Shown here piece after piece: positions 29,729 through 40,072 of a DNA stretch of 64,000 nucleotides. The DNA lies in sequence record PP526941.1. The stretch is one strand, 5' to 3'. The translations under genes were made by a program, and so were the position numbers. Numbering within the stretch: position 1 is the stretch's first letter; each line of letters starts with the position of its first letter. This DNA is from Escherichia phage vB_EcoM_ECO78. Below the pieces are notes generated by a model. That model ran no database searches. It was not told the origin of the DNA and saw only the letters and a program-made list of their open reading frames with translations.

Positions 29729-30582
29729 TAGAATGCTCCTTGGAAAATATTATCACCACTACCACTAGTAAGTCTATTAAAATACCCTGCATCGCCGGGC
29801 TTAATATAACTCCACGTATGGAATGGATGCATCTGGTGTGAGTGCGTATAATATGGATGATATGGATTATAAGGATTAAATCCAGGAGTTCTCCAGGTAG
29901 TGTTCCAGCGAAAAGAATCGTTTTTAATCATCTTCTCAATTACATCTTTTATAGCTTTTTCACTATCAAAATTTTCTTTATTTTCCTTCAATGGAAAAAG
30001 CTTATTCTCTACATCATTCCATGTATAAACTCGCTGTGCAGTTTTTGGAATATTGTCACGCTCTCCTCGAGCCATCCAATACACAGGAACACGTAATATT
30101 TCACTCGCATGATCGCAGTGGTGAGCGAGATCGTCAATATAACAAATTACGTTATATTTCTCTTTTGCCTTTTTGAACAACTCTTCTTTTGAAGAATCAT
30201 GACCACACATCATTACTTCCGAGAAGGCACCAGGAAAAAGAGCATTCAAATTAAATTGACGATTCAACAAAGCGTCAATAGAATCACCCAATGCTGTAAC
30301 AGCTACAAAATTATAATCTTCTTTTAATTTGTTAATTACACACAGGGCATCTTTATATGGAGACAAATAACGAATAAAATCTGATCGATTGTATTTTTCA
30401 ATTAGCTTAACGCCAAGTTCTTCATCACAATTAAAGAGTTTACCTGGAGAAATAAATTTCTCATCCTGGATCATTTTTAAAATATGTTCCAACGGAAGAT
30501 TATATTTCTGAGCAAAATAAGGAAGGCCTGATTGCCAGCTTAAACATACTCCATCAATATCAGTTAAAATAGTAGGCTTCAT
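29728..30582 (-). CDS. HAD-superfamily hydrolase-like protein (position of T4 30.2)
   Basis: 284 aa; N-terminal HAD motif I ILTDIDGVCL; family assignment from motif only. Confidence 0.6.
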   Translation of the reverse strand: MKPTILTDIDGVCLSWQSGLPYFAQKYNLPLEHILKMIQDEKFISPGKLFNCDEELGVKLIEKYNRSDFIRYLSPYKDALCVINKLKEDYNFVAVTALGDSIDALLNRQFNLNALFPGAFSEVMMCGHDSSKEELFKKAKEKYNVICYIDDLAHHCDHASEILRVPVYWMARGERDNIPKTAQRVYTWNDVENKLFPLKENKENFDSEKAIKDVIEKMIKNDSFRWNTTWRTPGFNPYNPYHPYYTHSHQMHPFHTWSYIKPGDAGYFNRLTSGSGDNIFQGAF

Positions 30583-31043
30583 AGAGAGTCTCTTAATAGG
30601 TTTAACACATCAATAAATTCAGCTTCGGTTAGTATTGTATCATCTTTTGTTAGACCACTAGCCATGCTGTGCTTCAAAACTTTTCCTTTCGAGGCTTGTA
30701 ATGCATCACGAAAGCCCTTGTTTTGGATCGCTGCTTCAAAATATGCATTTGTGTATAATTCTTTCCACGCCGGGGAGTATCTTGAAAATGGAACTCCAAG
30801 CCAGAAGAGGGTCCCACGGTCCTGAGCTCTAGCATAAGCTCGTCCAGCTTGTTGGGCGGCAAGCCCGGATAACCCAAATATACGTCTTTGCTGTTCAACA
30901 TTTTTCACTTTACATCCTTGAAGGAATCCTTCGAGACCTCCAAATTGAATGCCATCCATAACGAAAGGCCATTGGGCGAAATTACTTAATGCACATGATG
31001 GCCATCTAAAATTACTTCTAATCTCTAACTCAGACATTTTCAA
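30579..31043 (-). CDS. NADAR (YbiA-like) domain protein (position of T4 30.3)
   Basis: 154 aa; resemblance to the NADAR/DUF1768 family (WPSCALSNFAQ...FxxxEx pattern); family assignment is by recollection, not search. Confidence 0.55.
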   Translation of the reverse strand: MKMSELEIRSNFRWPSCALSNFAQWPFVMDGIQFGGLEGFLQGCKVKNVEQQRRIFGLSGLAAQQAGRAYARAQDRGTLFWLGVPFSRYSPAWKELYTNAYFEAAIQNKGFRDALQASKGKVLKHSMASGLTKDDTILTEAEFIDVLNLLRDSL

Positions 31044-31236
31044 TGCTTATAATTTCAACATCAGCCCAATGACCATAGCAAGGAAGACGAAATTCAACTG
31101 GCCAGTTAGGGTCCTTTTCTAATATAATAGACTCAACTTGTGGTTCTTCGTGTTCATCAGTATACGGATTTTTATCTGTTACTTTATATGTGACCTTAAT
31201 GTACTGAATTCCAAAAATCTTATTAATTATATTCAT
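31030..31236 (-). CDS. hypothetical protein
   Basis: 68-aa ORF in the tightly packed 30.x block. Confidence 0.45.
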   Translation of the reverse strand: MNIINKIFGIQYIKVTYKVTDKNPYTDEHEEPQVESIILEKDPNWPVEFRLPCYGHWADVEIISIENV

Positions 31237-31430
31237 ACTAATTCCTTTAATCCGTAAATAGGAGATAATTCATCACCCATACGAAGGTCTTCATTTCCAT
31301 CTACCCAGGAAACAATATAAGCCTCTTTTATTTGAATACCACTCCATTTAAATGGAGATAGAACCTTAGAAATTAATCCAGGTATACCAACTCCCTTTAA
31401 TTCAACAGTTTGACCTAAAAAGAATTTCAT
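31233..31430 (-). CDS. hypothetical protein
   Basis: 65-aa ORF, ATGA-coupled. Confidence 0.45.
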   Translation of the reverse strand: MKFFLGQTVELKGVGIPGLISKVLSPFKWSGIQIKEAYIVSWVDGNEDLRMGDELSPIYGLKELV

Positions 31431-31717
31431 TAGAACCTCATCTGAAAACCGTGCGATTTAACATTACCTCCGCCAATATCAGAAATATTAATTTCACGCG
31501 CAATTGAAGGGTCAATGTCAATTTCACGATTGAGTTTAGTGATAGCTAAAGTATCGCGCCCATTTACAGTACGGAACTCTAAAGGACAAACCACATCAAC
31601 GTAGTTTTTAATCGATTCGCTAGTAGGTTGCAAATGTGCAGGAAGGTCTTTAGGTGCCTTTGAGAAAACCACTTCACAGAAATTTTTGCGGGTATCAAAA
31701 TAAGTAGTCATAAACAT
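31430..31717 (-). CDS. hypothetical protein
   Basis: 95-aa ORF; GAGGAAAA SD after an upstream hairpin. Confidence 0.5.
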   Translation of the reverse strand: MFMTTYFDTRKNFCEVVFSKAPKDLPAHLQPTSESIKNYVDVVCPLEFRTVNGRDTLAITKLNREIDIDPSIAREINISDIGGGNVKSHGFQMRF

Positions 31718-31733
31718 AACATTTTCCTCAATA

Positions 31734-31747
31734 GGGGCCGAAGCCCC
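31734..31747 (-). terminator. GC hairpin (GGGGC-UUCG-GCCCC) between two 30.x ORFs
   Basis: Inverted repeat read in sequence; weak U tract. Confidence 0.4.
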
Positions 31748-31757
31748 TCATTTATTT

Positions 31758-32123
31758 TTAAATATCAAATTCGTTAAGAACTACATCAAAGACTGCTTCC
31801 AAGTGCTCAGGTTTAGCTTTGTTACTCAGAATATGACGAATCCAAGTTTTAACTAAGAGTTTACGATTAACACCATTCCAGCAAGGATGAGTCCCTAAAT
31901 CGCGTTGACGAAAATCATCATCCAAAGCGATTTTGAAGTTGGAACCTTCCATTGTGATTGAAACCGTGATGCCATTTTCAAATCGCATATAAACGTAGTT
32001 AGGAGTCATATACTGTTCAATTTCGCATACTGATCCATTTTGATGTTTCCAAAGGCAAATAGTATCAATAGAACCTGCAATACCATTAGAAACATATTTA
32101 CGTTCAAAGTTAATGTAGTTCAT
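31758..32123 (-). CDS. hypothetical protein
   Basis: 121-aa ORF. Confidence 0.55.
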   Translation of the reverse strand: MNYINFERKYVSNGIAGSIDTICLWKHQNGSVCEIEQYMTPNYVYMRFENGITVSITMEGSNFKIALDDDFRQRDLGTHPCWNGVNRKLLVKTWIRHILSNKAKPEHLEAVFDVVLNEFDI

Positions 32124-32191
32124 TTTTATTCTCCGAGATGTTTAATTGCGGTACAGGTATATAATATCATATCCTGTACCAAAGTAAACAA

Positions 32192-32524
32192 TTATTTTAC
32201 TACTTTCCAGTGCTGCATGTCAAGTTTACCAACTTTTTTCATCTTCTCAATTAAGCGTTCTGCGCGTTGGCGAGCTGTAACATAATGCCATTCACCTAAT
32301 TCATTTTGTTCAATTTTTCCAACGATTACTGTATTCAATTCATAAATCCAACCAGTAAAGAAATTATGAACTTGAATTGTAAAGGTGAAATCTGTTCCCA
32401 TACCTTCTGTTGTTTCTACTTCAATAATATCACCTTCAACTGCCATTAAGAACCACATAGTTTCATCATATTTACCGTTGAAGCATTTAGTTTTAACTGC
32501 AGCGTTCAGATTAATTGTTTTCAT
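32192..32524 (-). CDS. hypothetical protein
   Basis: 110-aa ORF preceded by an early-type promoter and AAAGGAG SD. Confidence 0.55.
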   Translation of the reverse strand: MKTINLNAAVKTKCFNGKYDETMWFLMAVEGDIIEVETTEGMGTDFTFTIQVHNFFTGWIYELNTVIVGKIEQNELGEWHYVTARQRAERLIEKMKKVGKLDMQHWKVVK

Positions 32525-32551
32525 TTTATTCTCCTTTGTTTGTGTAAGATA

Positions 32552-32581
32552 ATACTATCACAAAGGAACCGTACTGTAAAC
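32552..32581 (-). promoter_or_regulatory. candidate T4 early-type promoter
   Basis: Minus strand GTTTAC, about 18-nt spacer, TAGTAT; lies directly downstream of a terminator hairpin. Confidence 0.4.
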
Positions 32582-32611
32582 AACTTTATGCAATCTTTGG
32601 AAAATAAAAAA

Positions 32612-32629
32612 GGACTCCCGAAGGAGTCC
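32612..32629 (-). terminator. rho-independent terminator
   Basis: GGACUCC-UUCG-GGAGUCC followed on the minus strand by UUUUUUAUUUU. Confidence 0.65.
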
Positions 32630-32634
32630 TCAAC

Positions 32635-32853
32635 TTATGCTTTCTGCTTACCAAAACGAGAAGCATCATCTCGAAGAACCGCACGTGCTCGACGCATGAT
32701 CTTCTCAACAGTTTGATTGATACGAGAGTTCGACCCACGCTTGTAGCCAGCGCGTTTAGAATCACCAACTTTCTTTTCAACTGCTTTCTTTGCTTTAGCT
32801 TGTTTTGCCATTATAAATTCTCTTTTAAATGAAAATGCAGGACTTATTGGCAT
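32635..32853 (-). CDS. small highly basic hypothetical protein
   Basis: 72-aa ORF (58 aa from the internal ATG); Lys/Arg-rich. Confidence 0.45.
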   Translation of the reverse strand: MPISPAFSFKREFIMAKQAKAKKAVEKKVGDSKRAGYKRGSNSRINQTVEKIMRRARAVLRDDASRFGKQKA

Positions 32854-32930
32854 TGCCTGCGCAAGCCCTCAAGGGGTACTTAGGTTTTGAATATTTACCG
32901 ACAGGATAACCATAAACCTCGTCAACATAA

Positions 32931-33179
32931 TTACTTCAGTGTTACCACAAAGTGACGAACTGCTTTTCGCGCAGCAGAAGCCAGAGGCTTAGCATATTTA
33001 AGTTCATCTTTTTCCTGAAGCTCAGCAGCTAATGCAGTTTGAGCAGGATTCAGATGTTTGAAATAACGCAGGATTTCAAGAGCTTCGGCTTCAACATCAA
33101 TAGATGCGCCATAGTTTTCGTGACCATTATTCCATGCGTTTCGTTGCAGTTCAAGAGCGTGTTGTAATTGTTTAATCAT
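32931..33179 (-). CDS. rIII: probable RIII lysis-inhibition accessory protein
   Basis: 82 aa, matching the T4 rIII length, and located beside gene 31; assignment by length and synteny. Confidence 0.5.
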   Translation of the reverse strand: MIKQLQHALELQRNAWNNGHENYGASIDVEAEALEILRYFKHLNPAQTALAAELQEKDELKYAKPLASAARKAVRHFVVTLK

Positions 33180-33326
33180 TTAAAAATTCTCGTTAGAGAT
33201 TAAAACTCGGTAGTCACGTTCTTCTGAATTTCATCTTCTTTCGACAGATCTCTCAGTTGTAGACTACCACATAGAATTGTTCGGTTAACTTATTATTCCG
33301 ACACCCAATTCATATTATTATTTATA

Positions 33327-33662
33327 TCACTTATAAAGACACGGAATAGCTTTATAGTGACAAGTAACGAATTTTTGTTTAATTTCTTTTGGCTGCTTAA
33401 GACCCAGAGCTACAAAAGGATGCGGAACATTTCGAATTTGACCAACTGGAAGAGAAGTCAAATCACCAACTTCGCAGAAACCTTCAGGAACATCAGGACC
33501 GACAGAGTGAACTACACACAGTTCAGGAACTTCACCTTGAACACGTTTACCAATAATAAGTCCTGATTCTGTAACTTCTTCATCACCGGCTTGTGCAGGT
33601 TCAGAAACTAAAATAACATATTCACCGACAGCACGAATTGGTAGCTGTTGTACTTCAGACAT
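33327..33662 (-). CDS. 31: co-chaperonin gp31 (GroES analogue for capsid folding)
   Basis: 111 aa; synteny near cd; N-terminus [18 protein letters not shown]. Confidence 0.85.
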
Positions 33663-33718
33663 CGTTTTTCCTTTTTGTTAACAGATGAATTAATAATAAC
33701 AAATAATTCTTAAAGCAT

Positions 33719-34027
33719 TTATTTACCGATAAATTGAAGCAAATGCTCAACTTTCATACCATTAACAGAAATCAATTTGTCAATAGAAAAACCTCGCCAT
33801 GCACCAAGTTCAACATCAAATACTGGAATCATGTCAGTAGATTCTTTCCGAGTAGATTCAGTCAATTTACCAGTTTGCATGGTTGGCATAAAGTCTGCAT
33901 CACGAGTACCTTTCATAGTACGAATAGTACCATCAGACTTTTCAAAAACTACGTTTGAAACACCCATGGACAATTTAGTTTTCAAAATTTCACGAATTGC
34001 TACTTTCTGTTCAGTTGTCAGTTTCAT
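33719..34027 (-). CDS. hypothetical protein
   Basis: 102-aa ORF between gene 31 and cd. Confidence 0.55.
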   Translation of the reverse strand: MKLTTEQKVAIREILKTKLSMGVSNVVFEKSDGTIRTMKGTRDADFMPTMQTGKLTESTRKESTDMIPVFDVELGAWRGFSIDKLISVNGMKVEHLLQFIGK

Positions 34028-34264
34028 TTATTTACCTATTACAGTTTTAATATGGGTTGTTCCACGTTCTTTAAGGGTGGAAAGCAATTTTTGGCATTTT
34101 TCTAAATCAGATTTCCAACTATACGGCCTATCAATACTAGTCCAATCAGTTTTATAATACTGTTTCCATTTAGAGAAAAAATATTTCTTATACTCTACAG
34201 CAAATGAAATGTTCTCGTTAGAATAAGAACTAATTGCTGTGAGCTGTACCAAACGAAATTTCAT
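34028..34264 (-). CDS. hypothetical protein
   Basis: 78-aa ORF, ATGA-coupled to cd. Confidence 0.5.
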   Translation of the reverse strand: MKFRLVQLTAISSYSNENISFAVEYKKYFFSKWKQYYKTDWTSIDRPYSWKSDLEKCQKLLSTLKERGTTHIKTVIGK

Positions 34265-34845
34265 TATTCACCACAGAATTCGTTGATATTTTCCCAGTTT
34301 AACTTATTCAAGTTTTTCTTAGGAACATTAAACACTTCAATACCTGCATTTCGCAGAATATCATCCCAACCAGGTTTATTTTTATCGTATGTTTCGCAAT
34401 AAACCAGCTTTTTAATTCCAGATTGAGCTATCGCTTTTGCGCAATCTGGACAAGGAGAAAGTGTTACATACATAGTAGCACCTTCAATAGAAGAACCATT
34501 TCGTGCAGCAAACAAAATTGCGTTTAGTTCAGCATGAATTTCATTTTTAGATGACCATTCCGAGTGAGCACTACGATGTTCTTTCGCCAAGACAAAACGA
34601 TCAGTTGAACCAAATGATACGCATTCAGGCTTATGACCTTGAATGATAGTATGTTTAGGCTTATTTAACAACCAACCTTGCTCAGCAGCATAATCACAAC
34701 AGTTCACACCCCCTGCGGGGGAACCATTATACCCAGTAGAAATAATACGTCCATTCTTTTCAATTACTGCTCCTACCTTCCAGGAGCAGCATTTTGATTC
34801 TTGTGATACTAAATATGCAATTTGAAGTACTGTACTCGCTTTCAT
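34264..34845 (-). CDS. cd: dCMP deaminase
   Basis: 193 aa; cytidine/deoxycytidylate deaminase zinc motifs HAELNAI and PCPDC. Confidence 0.92.
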   Translation of the reverse strand: MKASTVLQIAYLVSQESKCCSWKVGAVIEKNGRIISTGYNGSPAGGVNCCDYAAEQGWLLNKPKHTIIQGHKPECVSFGSTDRFVLAKEHRSAHSEWSSKNEIHAELNAILFAARNGSSIEGATMYVTLSPCPDCAKAIAQSGIKKLVYCETYDKNKPGWDDILRNAGIEVFNVPKKNLNKLNWENINEFCGE

Positions 34846-35180
34846 TTCATAATCACCAGATAAGCAGATTTAGCAGTTTCAACACGATAAATTTCGTGAC
34901 GAAGTTTAGTTATACTTTTAATAACAGAACTAATTATATTCTGCCCATCTTTAAAGCGGTTTTTCTTATCAATAAAAACTGCGCCAGTCATCTTTTTGTG
35001 AAGCTCAACTGGATACTTCGTCACAATAATAGCATCATACACAGAAGGATGAATACTATTCACCAGAGTATCATTCATTAAAGTTATTCTAATGAACTGT
35101 GCTGTTTCAGAATCAAGCGCTCTATGATCGCCAGTATCATTTTCAAGACAATTATCAATTATATCAGTTAAATTCATCAT
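34842..35180 (-). CDS. hypothetical protein
   Basis: 112-aa ORF. Confidence 0.5.
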   Translation of the reverse strand: MMNLTDIIDNCLENDTGDHRALDSETAQFIRITLMNDTLVNSIHPSVYDAIIVTKYPVELHKKMTGAVFIDKKNRFKDGQNIISSVIKSITKLRHEIYRVETAKSAYLVIMK

Positions 35181-35416
35181 AGTACGCCATACACCCTTTG
35201 TGCTTCAACTAATCCATCAAAATCCAGTTTAAGATGTGATATTTGATCGCCATCGCCTGGATTCACAATTACTAATACTGAACGAGGAGTTTCGTTAATA
35301 ACACGAACCGATGTTTCAGGAAATCGTTCAGAAACCTTATTTACCAATTCCTGTGCAAATAGCTTGACTTTTTCTTGGAATTCTTTAACAGTAATCGGTT
35401 TTTCACTTAGCAGCAT
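35177..35416 (-). CDS. hypothetical protein
   Basis: 79-aa ORF with GAGGAAAA SD, downstream of an early-type promoter. Confidence 0.5.
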   Translation of the reverse strand: MLLSEKPITVKEFQEKVKLFAQELVNKVSERFPETSVRVINETPRSVLVIVNPGDGDQISHLKLDFDGLVEAQRVYGVL

Positions 35417-35446
35417 TCTGTTTTCCTCATTTGTTTTGGTAGAGCT

Positions 35447-35476
35447 ATAATATCACAACTCTACCGTAAAGTAAAC
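35447..35476 (-). promoter_or_regulatory. candidate T4 early-type promoter
   Basis: Minus strand GTTTAC, 18-nt spacer, TATTAT. Confidence 0.4.
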
Positions 35477-35478
35477 TA

Positions 35479-35754
35479 TTAAATTGCTTTGAATTCTGCT
35501 GTCTGCGATTCAAAACGAATATCGCCTTTGATAACTAGCTCAGCATCAAGACCAAATACGACAATGATATGCGCGGAACCTGGATACAGTGTAATGGCAA
35601 TAGAATCCACCTGGTCTGGAAGCAAAGCGTTCAATACATGAGTCACTTGAGCATGGATTCGAAGCTCGGCTGCGTTATCAAGTTTTTCAAACATATTATT
35701 AGCGATAATTTGGCTAAACACTACTTCTACGATTTTAGAGTAAGTCGGAAACAT
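35479..35754 (-). CDS. hypothetical protein
   Basis: 91-aa ORF. Confidence 0.5.
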   Translation of the reverse strand: MFPTYSKIVEVVFSQIIANNMFEKLDNAAELRIHAQVTHVLNALLPDQVDSIAITLYPGSAHIIVVFGLDAELVIKGDIRFESQTAEFKAI

Positions 35755-35818
35755 ATTTACCTCACATAATTTTCTTCAAGACAATTAATAATATCTCAAG
35801 TTTCATGGTGCCAAGCCA

Positions 35819-37022
<1,204 letters not shown>

Positions 37023-37026
<4 letters not shown>

Positions 37027-37259
37027 TTATTTTTCTCAACCAATGATTGAATATAATCATGCAGGTCTTTAGATGCTTTGCCCCACTTATTTTGATATTC
37101 ATTTTTGAGATTAGCACGTGATTGAGCTAATAAAACATCATTAGTTGGAGGTAAAGATTCTAACCGCTGAATCTGGCGTCCATAAATCATTGCAGCCATC
37201 TCGGATTCATAAATCAATCCTTTGAGATGTTCAAATTGGTGCCATGAAATCATTTGCAT
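37023..37259 (-). CDS. hypothetical protein
   Basis: 78-aa ORF. Confidence 0.5.
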
Positions 37260-37549
37260 TTATCCTCTTTTAACTCTTGACGATAATAACATATCATAGT
37301 TTTCTGGTCATGTACATATCGTTTTACATCATTAAGCCAAATACGAAATTCCTGAGAATCTTCAAATGGCATACCGACCCAAGCTTTACCATCGATAACT
37401 TTAACTTGCCATGATAGTTTAGCTTCGTCATATGACTTTATTTGTACAGGCCAATTGGGATGAACTGTTTCTTTCTTTACTTCTAGAGGCTTTGTCGAAC
37501 AACCAACTAGAAGACCAATAGATAATATTACTGCTGATAGTTTAATCAT
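37250..37549 (-). CDS. outer-membrane spanin (o-spanin, Rz1-like lipoprotein; T4 pseT.2 equivalent)
   Basis: 99 aa; signal peptide with lipobox LLVGC; immediately downstream of and overlapping the i-spanin candidate. Confidence 0.65.
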   Translation of the reverse strand: MIKLSAVILSIGLLVGCSTKPLEVKKETVHPNWPVQIKSYDEAKLSWQVKVIDGKAWVGMPFEDSQEFRIWLNDVKRYVHDQKTMICYYRQELKEDKCK

Positions 37550-37899
37550 TTAGAAAGGTCCTGGATGTCTTCTGCGAACTTGTTGAAGGAGTTGTTGATT
37601 TGTTTTTCAACCAATCCTGGCTTATGAGCCACCACATCCGCCTTCTTTGCGTCTTTGCGCAGTTTTTCATTTTCACGCTCAATAGCAGCAATTGCCTCAC
37701 GATTTTTATTATTCATCGCATCAATATAATTATACTGAATTCGCAAATTATTTAATGCTAAGGCGTTTTCATTGGCTGTTTTTGTAATTTCAGTAACTGA
37801 TGTTTCTAATCTTTCTACCTTATTTTTTAAAATAATAGATGTTCCGCCAAATGCTATTACAAGTAATAGCAATCCAGCTGTAAAATTACTTACATGCAT
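37546..37899 (-). CDS. inner-membrane spanin (i-spanin, Rz-like; T4 pseT.3 equivalent)
   Basis: 117 aa; N-terminal transmembrane helix (AGLLLLVIAFGGTSIIL) followed by a predicted coiled coil. Confidence 0.65.
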   Translation of the reverse strand: MHVSNFTAGLLLLVIAFGGTSIILKNKVERLETSVTEITKTANENALALNNLRIQYNYIDAMNNKNREAIAAIERENEKLRKDAKKADVVAHKPGLVEKQINNSFNKFAEDIQDLSK

Positions 37900-38393
37900 A
37901 AAGTTTTAATAACCTCTATAATATCGTCTTGAGAAAGACCATTAATTAAAATATGATGTTCAGCAGGAGATTTAGAAATTTTAAAGCATGCCTCAACATC
38001 TTCTGCCATATCCGATGCACTACGATTTGGATTACTAATTCCAAGACGATGTTTTCCTGTCAAAGGATTAACGATGATATAGCATTTGCAGCTATTGATA
38101 TGAACATTGGGTTGAGTCTGATTAATGAATACTTCGCACTCATACTTAGCGAGTTGATTTTCTAAAAAGACTTTCATCTCCTCAACCGCATCAGGAAGCA
38201 TATCACGGGCTTGCTCAAGACGACGATTTCGATATTCTTTAATGGTCGTTTTCCGCTTAACTTGCTTAGCTAAATCTTTCTTAAGATCGGTGATATATCC
38301 AACTCGACGATTTCCTTTGAATACAGAAATCCCATCTGTAGTATCACCGTATGCTTCAACGACCATTTCAGTAGTAATAAGCTGCAAATCCAT
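37890..38393 (-). CDS. alc: Alc (host transcription allele-specific terminator)
   Basis: 167 aa from the second ATG (the ORF track used the first); synteny between pseT.3 and rnlA; early promoter/leader cassette upstream. Confidence 0.8.
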   Translation of the reverse strand: MDLQLITTEMVVEAYGDTTDGISVFKGNRRVGYITDLKKDLAKQVKRKTTIKEYRNRRLEQARDMLPDAVEEMKVFLENQLAKYECEVFINQTQPNVHINSCKCYIIVNPLTGKHRLGISNPNRSASDMAEDVEACFKISKSPAEHHILINGLSQDDIIEVIKTLCM

Positions 38394-38424
38394 CATAAAG
38401 TCCTCATGTTATGTCAGTAAGACT

Positions 38425-38454
38425 ACTATAACACAACACGATGGACTTGTAAAC
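38425..38454 (-). promoter_or_regulatory. T4 early-type promoter (copy 2 of the duplicated promoter/leader cassette)
   Basis: Minus strand GTTTACA, spacer, TATAGT, leader with GAGGA SD to the alc ATG; 53 of 54 nt identical to 23555-23607. Confidence 0.55.
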
Positions 38455-38457
38455 AGC

Positions 38458-40045
<1,588 letters not shown>

Positions 40046-40053
40046 AATAAAAT

Positions 40054-40067
40054 GGGCCTTGCGGCCC
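40054..40067 (-). promoter_or_regulatory. stable hairpin (GGGCC-GCAA-GGCCC) between the AAGGAG SD and the denA AUG; also a possible nrdB terminator
   Basis: Minus strand reads UAAGGAG-U-GGGCCGCAAGGCCC-AUUUUAUU-AUG; the hairpin would shorten the SD-AUG spacing from 23 to about 9 nt. Confidence 0.45.
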
Positions 40068-40072
40068 ACTCC

